The position numbers were made by a program, and so were the translations under genes. DNA of 64,000 nt, from NCBI RefSeq assembly GCF_009914755.1, contig NC_060932.1, one strand, 5' to 3'. The stretch is from the human T2T-CHM13v2.0 reference genome, Homo sapiens. This document shows positions 12,312 to 26,274 of this stretch, piece by piece; positions within the stretch are counted from its first letter, which is position 1, and each line of letters opens with the position of its first letter. The notes under the pieces are model-generated. The model saw only the letters and a program-made list of their open reading frames with translations, was not told the origin of the DNA and ran no database searches.

Positions 12312-14790
12312 TTAGTTTCTAATTGGATGTAGTCTGCACAGGCAGATTTCATTTTCAGTATTAAAAAGGTCAGTAATTTCTGAAATATTCACTTGACAAT
12401 TAATAGGATTAAATGACTTTGGGAAAGCATAATTTTATTTTAAATTGCACATATAATCCCTCAATTACATAGATTTTAATGCTAGGATAATCTTCCAATA
12501 AAAGGAAATATAAGTTATCAAAAAATGAATTTCTTTTAGAAAAATAAGCATTTATAATTTATTGTCTACAGTAAACAAAAAGTGACTTTAACTCACAAGT
12601 TAAAATTACTCTTATATGGTGCTTAATCTATATAAATATCTTTCCTTTATTAAAAATTCTGCTTCTTAAAAAACAGAATCATGGAGTGGAGAAAAAGGAA
12701 AACTTCTGCTTGTAAACTTAAGTGCATCAAAACTGTGGATAAACATCTTTTTAATGTATATGTAAAATTTAATATTTTTTAAAGAATCTATTAAAGTTCA
12801 ATAAACATTTTCTGACACTATGATAGATGCTGAGGATATTGCAATAATATATGATATAGCTTCTGTCTTAATAAACTTACATTCAAATAATAGAAGGAGG
12901 AAAGTGACCCTTGACATAATAGTAAGGGTACAAATAAAATACTCTTGCTCCATAGTAGTGTTCCATGGCAGAAGTCAAATTTGAATCAAGCTTTGAAATT
13001 TGAATAGAATTTTTGAATTATGGAGATAAAGAGAATAGCTATTTTAGGAACATGGAATATAAAAGAATAACGCTTACATAGATCATTTGTTTTCAAAGAG
13101 CAGAGATTAATCTGATTTAGCTAGAACATAGAATGCAAAAAGGATAATGGGAGCTAAGCCTAGAAAGATAGACTGCAGCCAGATTTTGGTGGTCATTAGA
13201 TTGGATGCAACAGCCAGCAAGGAGCCAAAACTTAAGTGTTCACTTTTATGTAAATGTAGCTGACGCAAGTACCTTGTATTAGAACTAAAAATTATGCTGT
13301 ATATAACTATTACTGTAGTTAGGTGAAACCATTTCAGAGTCTGCTTTAGTGATTCATAGTGTAAATGAAGTTACTGTGTTTATGTGTGTGTGTGTGTGCA
13401 CATTATATGTATGTATGTGTGTTTTTAAGTATGACATTTGAATTCTGAAATGAAGATGAAAAAGGCTTTGGTCAGTAAACCTGTCTTTCTTGGTCAGATA
13501 CTGAACCACAGTAGTAAGTCCAGGCACTGAAATGATAATTCATATGTATGGATTCTTCTTGGCTCTAGGTTGATGAACAGAGCAATTATGAAGAGTTGAC
13601 TAGAACCAACTGATCTTTTTTTTTTTAATTCCACTAAATAGAATAGTTTGCTAAAAATAATAGTAAAAATAGGAGCTGTGACAACAAATTCATTATTAGG
13701 GCAGAACAGAGACTTTGAAATGAAAAATCCTAAAACAAAAGCTAACCTCGATAATGAACTCTTTTTTCAGCAAAAATACCTCAAAATGTTATTTCAATTC
13801 TGTGTTCCTTCAAGGAGATATTTACAGAGCGTGATCCACACCAAAGTCCCTGGAAAAGTGTTCAGTGTTGCCCAACTTGAAGGTCATGGCTAAGTGATAA
13901 ATGTAGTCTAAAAAACACAGGTGGTTGGATCACACTGTTTCCACTGCCCCTGCTGCCAGGACTAGCTATAAACCAGTGTGTAACATGAGCAGCATGTATT
14001 GCAGCTATCCTCCCTCCTTTCTTTTCCGTAACCTCAGTAAGCAGTGCCCTCAGGCTGCCTGCAGCTGTGCGGGTGCCCCCTCTATGGTGTCATCCATGCC
14101 TTCTCCATCAGTGCTGTCCTTTGACCCCACCTTTCTTCTCCTAATCTGCAATGTGTCCTGCTGGACACAGGACTCAGCTAGAACCATGTTAGAAAGACCA
14201 TGTGATAAAAAAAAAAAAGTTAATGACAAGATACTTAATATATGAAATCAGCTTTATTTCCCTCCAGGAATATTTTTATTTAAACAGTTCTTAAAAACTC
14301 AATCTACAATTTTTACAAAGGAATTAAATAATGATGTTCTATTACTTATAAGGAATTTGAGGCCTCAGGAGTAAGCTATAGCTAGATTGTTTTAGGCAGG
14401 AGGACTTTCTGTGTTCTTAGCTTCCCTTGGTTTCTAATTAAAAGGTTGGAAAATGAGATACATCTCTGACATATTAGTTTATATAGTTGGCCTTCCATAT
14501 CCATGGGTTCCACACCATAGAGTCAACCAACCACAGATGGAAAATATTCCCCCCAAAAATGGATGGTTGCATCTGTACTAAATGTGTAGACTTTTGTTTG
14601 ATCATTATTCCCTAAACAATACATGCTGAATTTCCTACCAGAGACAAAAGCTTCAGTCATATTTTTTATATACTTATATCTTAGGCAAGACTTTAATAAA
14701 CCAAGAAATGGTTAATTTTCACAAAATATATGTTAATAGACCATTAATGCCAGTGCATGAATTAGCTTATGGTTTTTGTTCCTAGCTACC

Positions 14791-15095
14791 GTTTTTTGTT
14801 GTTGTATTTTTTGGAGACAGAGTCTCACTCTGTTGCCCAGGCTGGAATGCAGTGATGTGATCATAGCTCACTGCAGTCTTGAACTCCTGGGTTTAAGCAA
14901 TCCTCCTGCCTCTGCCTCCTAAGCAGCTGGAACTACATGCATGTGCCACATCATGGAGCTAATTTTTAAATTCTTAGTAGAGATGGAAGTCTCATAATGT
15001 TGCCCAGGCTGGTCTCAAACTCCTGGCCTCAAGTGATCCTCCTGCCTCAGCCTCCCAAAGTGCTAGGATTACTAGTGTCAGCCACCGTGCCTGCC
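14791..15095 (-). mobile_element. AluJ (duplicate of the Alu at 19862)
   Basis: Antisense Alu; TSD CCTAGCTAC(C/T)GTTT. Confidence 0.9.
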
Positions 15096-15144
15096 CCTAG
15101 CTACTGTTTAAGTTCAGGAATATCAAAGAAAAAAAGCACCAGAC

Positions 15145-15496
<352 letters not shown>

Positions 15497-16464
15497 TTAC
15501 ATTATATTAGATATTATTAGTAATCTAGACATTATTTATCATATATGGGAGGATGTGCATAGGTTATATGCAAATACTACCGTATTTTATATCAGGGATT
15601 TGAGCATCCAGATGTTGGTATCCAAGGGTGGGAAGTCCTGGAACCAACCCCCTATGGATACCGAGGGGCAACTGTATTTTTATTTTACACCTTTTTCTTT
15701 TCCCCTAATGTATTTTAGCAGATAGCCAATTGTGTGATTCCTTGCCTTGGTGATGTAATGAAGTTTTTGGCAGGGCAAAAAGCAGACTTTTCTTGTACAG
15801 CAATGACCCTAATTTCCTCCCGACACTATAAATGGAAAAGAGGAATATGGATTCATTGAGCAGTAAAACAAGCCAAAATCTGTTTACCAAACAGCATCAT
15901 AGCAGGTGGCAAAACCTCAGGGGAAATGGATGCATGCTACACATAGGCAGGAGTTTTCCACTTGGGGTTTCCACCTTTGCCTCATTTCCTCATGCCCCAC
16001 ATGTAGAATCGAATCTGCAGAACTTCCAGAACTGAAGGGTCCATCCCAGCTAGGACAACAAGCCTCTCACAACCAATGGCTTATGACCCACAGAGCCTCC
16101 TCAATGATTTGACTATATGTGAGATTCCAGAATATTTTAATCATCCTGTAGATAGGAGACCTGAGAGTATAACTCAAAGAAAAATTTCTCGTTTGTTTCA
16201 AAAAATATGAGCTCAAAGTCAAAAATAATTTATTAATTATTTTTAAAAATTTAAATAATTAGAATATACTTGGCTTACCAGATTTTCTAAACTGAGCTAT
16301 CCTCTTTGACTAGGCTATATTACCTTATGATCTAAAACTTAAACAATCTCTTGTGGTTGTTTAATGACATTCCAACATGTCATGAGAAAATATTCTTGGA
16401 AAGCTGTCTGGTGGTCAGGGGTTCTCAACACCTCTACTTTTGCTTGCCACGTACTTCAGACGAC

Positions 16465-16580
16465 CACACAGCCTGGTTTGCTCAAGTCAGTCCCAGTTTA
16501 TGACTGTTATCCTGATGGAATGACTAATGGTTTTCCATGTCACTCTCAGAAGTGTCCAGGTTTGGATGATAAATTATATA
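16465..16580 (-). mobile_element. MER94-like hAT-Blackjack MITE
   Basis: cctggtttgctcaagtcagtcccagtttat...cactctcagaagtgtccaggtttggatgataaattata resembles reverse-complement MER94. Confidence 0.6.
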
Positions 16581-16876
16581 TATATATCTCTCTCTGCATA
16601 TAATTTATATATAAAAATTATAATGTATATATAATATATATCATACATACAGATATAATTTATATATCTATAATATATTTATATAAATTATGTAGTTATA
16701 ATTTTTGTCATTAAAAAATTAGTTATATAGCTGTCTATATAATTTATATATTAAAATTATTTATATATATTATATCAGTATATCTTATATAGAGATATTA
16801 TATATATAATATATATGTATATCTATATAAATTATATGGAGAGATATATATAATTTATCATCCAAACCTGGACACT
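16551..16876. repeat. AT-rich low-complexity tract bounded by a perfect 33-bp inverted repeat
   Basis: AGTGTCCAGGTTTGGATGATAAATTATATATAT from 16551 and its exact reverse complement ending at 16876. Confidence 0.9.
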
Positions 16877-16898
16877 GCTAATACAGAACTCATTTAAC

Positions 16899-17220
16899 TG
16901 TATCAGTCTGGATAGGCTAGATTATCTGCTCTAACAAATGACACAAAATTGCAGTAGCCTATCATGGCAAAAGTTTATATATCAGACAGTATTCCAGGGC
17001 AGCTGTCCTCCATGAGTTGGCTCAGTACTCCTAACACCATCATATTGACATGTGCTTTCTATTGTTATGATGGAAAGAGAGTTCTTGCAGTGTCTTATGC
17101 TAGCAAATAAGTGATCCTGCCTGAAAATGGCACACATCACTTCTGTCCACGTTCATATGGCTCAGACTGCCTGCAGGGGGACAGGTACTTTTCCCATTTT
17201 CCAAGAAGAACAGAATATGA
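16899..17220 (-). mobile_element. Old MLT1 (J/K/L-type) MaLR LTR fragment
   Basis: tgtatcagtctggataggctagattat...ctaacaaatgac is a typical antisense MLT1 end. Confidence 0.55.
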
Positions 17221-17604
17221 GTATGAAAAGTCCCGGTGTTATATATTCAAACAAGAAGCCACATACCAATGAGATTATTTATTTTAATAACGAAAAATGT
17301 ATTCTTATATGGGCAGATAAGTTCCTTTGCCACTACCTTAGTCACAATCTTGGTAATGATAAGTCTTTGAGGATACTAACTTAAAACAGTTCTTATGGTC
17401 AAGATAAGAGTTTTTAAAGTTTTGTCAGTAAGCAAGAGGAGCAGTAGCAAAGAAGAAAACAAAATCCAAAACATGATTCAAGATCCTTTTAGATAACAGG
17501 AATAATAAAAAATAAAAGTTGTAAAACAGAAACGCATACTTCACAAATATGTGCATTTTATAGTCCCCTAACTTAAATAATACTCAGGAATAAAAAACTG
17601 TAAG

Positions 17605-17916
<312 letters not shown>

Positions 17917-18844
17917 TAATTCATGTACATGCATTAATAGTCTATTATATATCTTGGGAAAATTAACTGTTTCTGACTGTAGAGACAAGTTCTTTGTTTC
18001 AGTAGAAAACTATTAACACCCCCTTGTGGGTTACCAGATTCTAGTCCTGTACATTGACTTTGAGCTATTTTTCACCTCTTTGTAACCCTACATAGTTTTG
18101 TTGCCTACTTGTAAATGGTACTGGACTCTGCTCTTTCACACATAGTGTCAGTCTTTATCAAATTTTCAATTCTTCTAGTTTCCTTTAATATCTGGCTACA
18201 ACTCTCCAAATGTTTCTGATTTACTTCTACCTTCCTGACTTAACTAAAACCTGCCTATCCAGATTCTTATTGGGACTCTAGGTTGTCTTGTAGCCAGCCT
18301 TTTCTCCTAGATCTGCAGAAATCCTGCAGGATAAATTTCCAAGTGCTCATCATCACAAAAGATCATGTTAGGGCATCCTTCATGCCCAGAGCTACTGCTG
18401 TGGAGGCCACTCAGGAAGTTCACTGGAACTCCTGCCTCTGCCACACTCTGCTGTAGGAAATAACCATGATCGTGACAATCTCACGAAAACCTCCCTGAGG
18501 TCTGCGTCATCACCAAAGTGTTCAAACTGCAAACCAGAAACTGGTTTGCAGTGGCAGTTGGATTGCCACTGCCATCCTTATTCCATCTTCTACAGGTGCT
18601 TCACACCTGAAGTATAGAATCACCAGCTGGGTTCATAGTCTGCTCCAACAATTAATTTTTGTTTTTCTTTTATTTTCATAGGAATACCCTTCATTAAATG
18701 CTCTTGCCATCTAACAAATGTCTTTACTGCAAATCTCAAGAGAATAATTTAGCTTTTCCTTAATTAACAAAAGGAAGCCAACTTAGAAATGGACTTACTA
18801 TTTAGAGGAAAGAAAAATGTCTGTTCTTTCCTTGAACAAGAGAA

Positions 18845-19836
18845 AAGACTGACCAAACTTTATTTATGTGTGTGTGTGTGTGTGTGTGTTTTGGGACAAG
18901 GTCTCACTTTGCCACCCAGGCTGGAGTGTGGTGGTACAGTCAGCTCACTGCAGCCTCATACTTCTGGATTCAAGAGGTCCTCCCACCTCAGTCTCCTGAG
19001 TAGCTATGACTACGGGCATACTCCACTGAACCTGGCTAATTTTTTTTTTTTTTATATACAGATAGGGGGTCTCACTTTGTTGCCCAGGCTGGTCTCAAAC
19101 TCCTGGCTTTAAGTGATCCTCCTGCCTCAGTCTGCCAAAGAATTGGGTTTATAGGCGTGAGCCACTGCACCCTGCCTGACCAAACTTTTGTCCCACTACT
19201 CTCAGCCCTCTTCTTGGCTAGGCTTCATGTTTGACCTGCTGGGCCTGGTTTTGCGAGAATCCCCACACCCTTGGTACTTGTATTAGTCTGCTCAGGCTGC
19301 CTTATGGCAAAATACCATAGACTGGGTGGCTTAAACAACAGACATCTTTACACAGTTCTGGAGGCCAAGGACAGTTTGCCAGCATGGATGGTTTCTGGTG
19401 AGAGCTCTCTTTTTGAGTTCAGTTGGTTGCCTCCTCACTGTGTTCTCACACGGCCTCTTTTCTGTGCACCAGCAGGGAGAGAGAGTATGTCTCTTCTCAT
19501 AAGGACACTAATCCTAGTGAACCAGGGCCATATTCTTATTACCTCATTTTAACTTTAATTTTAATTTTAATTATTTCTTTACTCCATATATAGCCACAGT
19601 GGGAATTAGGGCTTCAACAAATGAATTTGGGTGGGGAGGGAGGACACAGACGTTCACACCATAACAATAAATCAAGTTCCCCTTAGTAATTTTTCATCCA
19701 CTAACACCTCACCTTGCCCACTGGCTATAAATCCCCAGGTATCTAGAGTTGAGTTCAGTCTCTCTCCCTTATTACAGTTGTCTTGAATAAAGTCTACCTT
19801 GCCTGTTTAACTTGTCTGGCACATTTTTTCTTTGAT
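18845..19836 (+). mobile_element. MER31-type LTR interrupted by an AluJ (~18860-19156, -) and an MLT1 LTR (19279-19666, -)
   Basis: GACCAAACTTT flanks the Alu; 3' part has the TATA (ggctataaat), AATAAA and the ...ttctttgata end. Confidence 0.65.
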
Positions 19837-19861
19837 AATCCTGAACTTGAACAGTAGCCAG

Positions 19862-20170
19862 GGCCAGGCATGGTGGCTCACACCTGTAATCCCAGCACAT
19901 TGGGAGGCTGAGGCAGGAGGATCACTTGAGGCCAGGAGTTTGAGACTAGCCTAGGTAACATAGCAAGACCCTATCTCTACTAAAAATTTAAAATTAGCTG
20001 GATGTGGTGGCACACGCATATAGTCTCAGCTACTCAGGAGGTGGAGGCAGGATGATTGCTTGAGCCCAGAGGTTCAAGGCTACAGTGAGCTATGTTCACA
20101 TGACTGCATTTCAGCCTGGGCAACAGAGTGAGACCCTGTCTCCAAAAAAAATTTTTTTTTTATTAAAAAA
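19862..20170 (+). mobile_element. AluJ
   Basis: Full Alu; TSD AACAGTAGCCAGG / AACAATAGCTAGG. Confidence 0.92.
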
Positions 20171-21011
20171 AATTAAAAACAATAGCTAGGAATAAAAACC
20201 ATAAGCTAATACATATATTTGCATTAATGGTCTATTAGCATCTTTTGTAAAAATTAACCATTTATTGGCTTATGAAAGACTTGCGTAAGATATTAGTAGT
20301 AAAAAATATGAAGCTTTTTTACTCTGTTATGAAATTCAGCATGCTTGAAATTGTAACATAGCTATGATATGAAAACTCCTCAGTGAAAAGTATTTCCCAC
20401 TAGATGTGAAAACTATTGCCCAACTAGATGTCACTGGCCATCTGCTATGATGCAGCAAAAGAAAAAATAATCTAGCTAACTCTTACACCAAATAGTTATT
20501 GAGTGTTGGGGTAGTATTTGGTGCTAGGAAGAAGTCAAGGACATATATAAGACAAAGGCCTTAACTTCAAATGCACTTGAGAGTGCCTGAAAATACATGT
20601 ATAAAATCTTTCCATCTATGTATGGTAAAGTAAAATAACATAACAAAATCTTATTGCTGTATCAAAGGATTTCAGTATTTTCTACCTCACTATTAAGAAA
20701 AGTATGGGGAGCCAAAGATGTTGTTTTAGAATGGTGGCACCATTTATCTCATACTACCCAGCAAATGCTTTTTGTAATGAAAACCAGACTTAAAGAGGTG
20801 AGTGCCTCTTTTAAGCCAGGATTAATTATAATTAATTAATCATGTTAATCATGTAAAACCAGACTAGCTGGACTTAGAAGGAGATTAATATTCATAGTGA
20901 CAAGGAAATTCTGAAGAAATCTTGCCACAGACAGTATTATATTTATGGAGTACTCAACCTGGGGTTGAAGAGCCCACCATCTTTTTCCTCTATCCAAAGA
21001 AAGATTATAAG

Positions 21012-21196
21012 TCTTTCTTTTTCTTTTCTTTTTTTTTTTTTCTTTTTTGAGACAGGGTCTTGCTCTGTTGCTCAGGCTGGAGTGAAGTAGAGCATTCACA
21101 GCCCACTGCAACCTTGAACACCTGGGCTCAAGCAATCCTCCTGCCTCAGCCTCCTGAGTAACTGGGACCACAGATGTGTACCACCATGCCCAGCTA
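21012..21196 (-). mobile_element. Alu right-arm monomer (FRAM or truncated AluJ)
   Basis: Right arm only; GTCTTTCTTTT on both flanks. Confidence 0.8.
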
Positions 21197-22211
21197 CATG
21201 TCTTTCTTTTGGGGGGACAGCAGAAACCTGGGCAGAGGAGGAATCCTGATACCCAGTTCTGAAACAAAGTGGCAGAATTTGTAATACAGAAGAAGGATCT
21301 TGTGACTGGTATTCTGTTATCCACAAGAGTAAATGTTCCCAAATAAACAAAACTGGGATATGAAATGGTGGAGTGTGTGGTGCCTGTTCATGAAAAAAAA
21401 AGGTCTAGATTGCAAGAGTAATATTAGAGGATTTTGGAGATGTTTTACAACCAGAGAATAAAAGACCATCCTTTTGTCTGACATGGTACAGTTTTATGCC
21501 CCTTACATGCAACAAGAAAACAAAAGCTAAATAAAATCGTAGGTCCTGATCCTCCAGTGCTTAGATACACTTAATTTAATTTTTGAAATACTTAAGCCTA
21601 CGTCAGAGATCATTGAGTATTTATTTGGGGGAAACAGAGGAGGCAATGGCTCACCCCTGTCAGAGAGGATCAACAACATGCAGACATTCCTTATTATGAG
21701 AGATGGGTAACTGGAGTCTGCTTACCCTACTTCCAAAGCTTAAATATTTAGCAGTCAAAAATGGATATAGAGCTGTACAAAGGAATTGGAAACATTCATC
21801 TTTTTTTTTCATTGTAGTATCTCAAGCATATAGAATGGGACTTAAAATGAAATACAATAGCCCCTTGTTTGAATCCACCCCACCCTTACATTCACTCCCC
21901 GGAATCAACAAGTTTTAATTATTTCTGCTTTTAGTCCTATACTTCTATATCTCTATTACTTCTTCTTTAAATAAGGTGATTATGCCATTATTGCTTAATT
22001 TACCAACTTGGTTCATTAATTTTTATCAACTTTAGGATATTATGAGAATTTAGATTTAATGCCCCCATACAGTTTTATCCGCATTTGTTTTTTTGTTTGT
22101 TTTTTTTTTCTTTTTTACCTTTGTAACTTTGGCATTTACCATTGTAACTCAAAATCGTATCATGTTCCATTTACAAAGATAGATTGTCCCTACTCTGCAA
22201 CTGAAGAAATG

Positions 22212-22516
22212 GACCAGGCATGGTGGCTCATGCCTGTAATCCCAGCACTTTGGGAGGCTGCGGTGGGCTGATCATGGGGTCAGCAGTTCAAGACCAGCCT
22301 GACCGATATGGTGAAACCCCACCTCTACTAAAAATACAAAAATTAGCTGAGCATGGTGGCGTTTTCCTGTAGCCTCAGCTACTCAGGAGGCTGAGGCACG
22401 AGAACCACTTGAACCTGGGAGGTGGAGGTTAAAGTGAGCCAAGATCGCTCCACTGCACTCCAACTTGGGAGACAGAGCAAGACTCCATCTCAAAAAAAAA
22501 AAAAAAAAAAGAAAAA
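22212..22516 (+). mobile_element. AluS
   Basis: Full Alu with long A tail. Confidence 0.93.
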
Positions 22517-22672
22517 TGGAAATGTATTGCTTTGAGCCTCCTTCAACCTCTATTCTGTCTTTCCGTCTCCCAACTTTTATAAGCTGTGTTTTTGCTTTTG
22601 TATATCAGAGTTGATCATGATTATGTTCTGTTCTGCAGCCATAGCTCTCTGCCATCTTACTATGTAGGTTAA

Positions 22673-22985
22673 TTTTTTTTTTTTTTTTGTAGAGATGAGA
22701 TCTTGCTCTGTCACCCAGACTGGAGTGCAGTGGCACGATCATAGCTCACTGCACCCTCAAACTCCTGGACTCAAATCATCCTCTACCTCTGCCTCCATGA
22801 GTAACTGGAACTACAGGTACAAGCCCCCACACCTAGCTAATTTATTATTATTATTATTATTATTTTGTAGAGACAGGGTCTCACTATGTTGCTCGGGCTG
22901 GTCTCTAACTCCTGGCTTCAAGCAATCCTGCCCTGGACTCCCAAAGTGTTGGAATTACAGGTGTGAGCCACTACTGTGCCCAGCC
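22673..22985 (-). mobile_element. AluJ
   Basis: Antisense Alu with (TTA)n linker. Confidence 0.9.
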
Positions 22986-23154
22986 CAGTTCCCTCATTAC
23001 TAGAGCTATGTAAATACTGTTTTCTTCAGAAACAATGTACCATTTTAGAAGAAATATTCAAATTGATATTCGTTTCCTATAGCCTACCATTTTCTTAAAA
23101 TCATGCCATGTTTTCATTTTGCTTTCTCACAGATTTTTGTTTTTTTTCTTTTAG

Positions 23155-23549
<395 letters not shown>

Positions 23550-24066
23550 TATTTGAATAAATTTCAATTTTTTTTCTGCTTTTACTTTTTATTTTTAAAT
23601 AATTATATACTCACAGGAAGTTGTAAAGATAGTACAGAATTTCCATGTACCCATCATTCAATTTCTCCCAGTAGCTATATCTTACATAATTACAGAACAA
23701 TATCAAAACCAACAACTTGATATTGGTGCAATATGTATATAATTTTCTGTAATTTTATCATACGTAGATTTCTGTAATTGCCACCATAATCAAGATAGAA
23801 CTCTTCTGTCACCACAAAGCTGTCCCTTCTAGTACCCCTTTATAATCATATCCACTCCTCACCACCACTATCCCTAACCCTTGGGAACTACTAATCTGTT
23901 TTCCATCTCTATATTTCTTTTTTGGTAAGAATGGTTTAAAAATAGAATCACAGTATATGACCTCTTGAGATTGCCTTTTCCTTTTCACTCAGAATACTGC
24001 CATTTAGATTCATTGAAGCTGTTGCATATATCAGTAATACCTCTTTTATTGTTAAACAGTATTCCC

Positions 24067-24363
24067 TGATGATATGGGAATCTGTGATGATATGGGAATC
24101 TGTGATATGGGAATCCCTGATGATATGGGAATATGGCTCTGTGTCCCCACCCAAATCTCATCTCAAATTGTGATCCCCATGTGTCCGAGGAGGGACCAAA
24201 TGGTAGGTGATTCCCTTCCCCTTCCCCTTCCTGTTCCACTTCCCCTCCCCCCTTCCTTCCCTTTCCTTCCCTGCAAAACTGTGTGTCAATTAAAACTCCT
24301 TTATTTATAAATGACCCAGTCTCAGGTAGTATCTTTACAGCATTGAGAAAATGAACTAATACA
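24067..24363 (+). mobile_element. THE1 (THE1D-like) MaLR solo LTR with rearranged 5' end and centre replaced by a CCTT-rich tract
   Basis: TGATATGG...GGCTCTGTGTCCCCACCCAAATCTCATCTC start; CCCAGTCTCAGGTAG...AACTAATACA end. Confidence 0.85.
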
Positions 24364-25827
24364 CCTGGTATGGATGTACCGGAGTTAATTGAACCATTTA
24401 CCTATTGAGGTGCACTTAGGCTGTTTTTTTTCTATGTTGGGCTATAACAAATAAAGCTGCTATGAACATTTGTGTACAGGTTTTTCTGCAGACAGTGTTT
24501 CTTTCACTGGGATAAATACACAGAAGTGCAATTGCTGGGTCCTATGGTAAGCATATGTTTAGGTTTTTTAAGGATGTGCAAAAAAATATTTTCCAGAATA
24601 GCCGTACCATTTGACATTCTCACCAGCAACGTCTAAGAGATCTAACTTCTCCACAGCTTTACCAGTCTTAAGTTCACTACTTTTTACATTAATTATTCTA
24701 ATAAGTAAGGATGTTGAATATCTTTTCATGTGCTTAGTTGCCATTGGTATATCCCCTTCAGTGAAATGTTATTTTGGGTCTTTCTCTGATTTTCTAATTG
24801 AACTTTTTTGATATATTTAATACCTCCCAAATTTACATTTTTGGAAAGTGTTTGTTTGCTTGTTGGTTTGTTTGTTTTGAGACAGGATCTCACTCTATAG
24901 CCCAGTCTGGAGTGCAGTGGTGCAATCACAGCTCACTGCTATCTTGACCTTCTGGGCCCCAGCAATTCCCCACCTCAACCTCCCCAAGTAGCTGGAACCA
25001 CAGGCATGCGCTCCCATGTCCAACTAACTTTCTGTTGTTGTTTTGTAGTGATGAGGTCCCACTATGTTGCTCAGGCTGGTCTCCAACTCCTGGGCTCAAG
25101 CAGTCCTCCCTACTCAGCCTCCCAAAGTGCAGGCATGAGCCACCACGCCCAGCAAGAGTTCTTTATATGTTCTAGATCCTTTGTCAAATATGTGGTTTGC
25201 AAATAGTTTTTCCGTGTCTGTACTTGTCTTTTTATCTTTTAACAGGGGTTTTCATAGACTAAAAAAGTTTTTAATTTTGATGCAGTTCAGTTTATCATTT
25301 TTATCTTTTATGAATTGATATTTTGGGGTCACGTCCAAGAATTCACCAAACTTGAAGTCCCAGGAGTTTTCTATTATCTTCTAAAAGTTTTAGAGTTTTA
25401 TATTTAAATCTGTATGATTCATTTTAAATTAATGTTTTATATAGGATTTGAAGTTTAGGTTGGATTTCATTTTTTTCCTATAATATCTATTTGCCCCAGG
25501 ACCATTTATTGAAAAGACTATTCTTCCTCTATTACATAGCTGTTGCTATTTTAGCTGGTTTTCTATTATTTTGTCAATAATCAGTGGCAGTCCATATGTG
25601 GAGTTACTTTGGGGTTCTTTATTGTGTTCCATTGATTTATGAATCTGTCCCTACACCAGTGCCACCCAATCCTTGTTACTCTAGCTAAAAGTTTTGAAAA
25701 TTAATAGAGATTTTGTCTACTTTGTTGTTCTCAGAATTGTTTTAGCTGTTCTAATTATTTTGCCTTTCCATATATAAATTTTAGAATGATCTATATCTAC
25801 AGAAATAATAGTCTAGGATTTTAACAG

Positions 25828-26274
25828 TGTCATGTGCATCCATGTGAAGAGACCACCAAACAGGCTTTGTGTGAGAAACAAGGCTGTCTATTTCACCTGG
25901 GTGCAGGTGGGCTGAGTCCGAAAAGAGAGTCAGCAAAGGGTGGTGGGATTATCATTAGTTCTTATAGGTTTGGGGATAGGGGGTGGAGTTAGGAGCAATG
26001 TTTGTGGGCAGGGGATGGATCTCACAAAGTACATTATCAAGGGTGGGGAGAATTACAAAGAACCTTCTCAAGGGTGGGAGAGATTACAAAGAACCTACTT
26101 AAGGGTGGGGGAGATTACAAAGTACATTGATCACTTAGGGTGGGGCAGAAACAAATCACAATGGTGGGATGTCATCAGTTAAGGCTATTTTCACTTATTT
26201 TGTGGATTTTCAGTTACTTCAGGCCATTTGGATGTCTACATGCAGGTCACGGGGTATATGATGGTTTAGCTTGG
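25828..26274 (-). mobile_element. LTR7 (HERV-H) solo LTR missing roughly its first 17 bp
   Basis: TGTCATG...GTGAAGAGACCACCAAACAGGCTTTG reverse-complement end; AAGGGTGGGG..TTACAAAG U3 repeats; stops at TTAGCTTGG. Confidence 0.92.
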
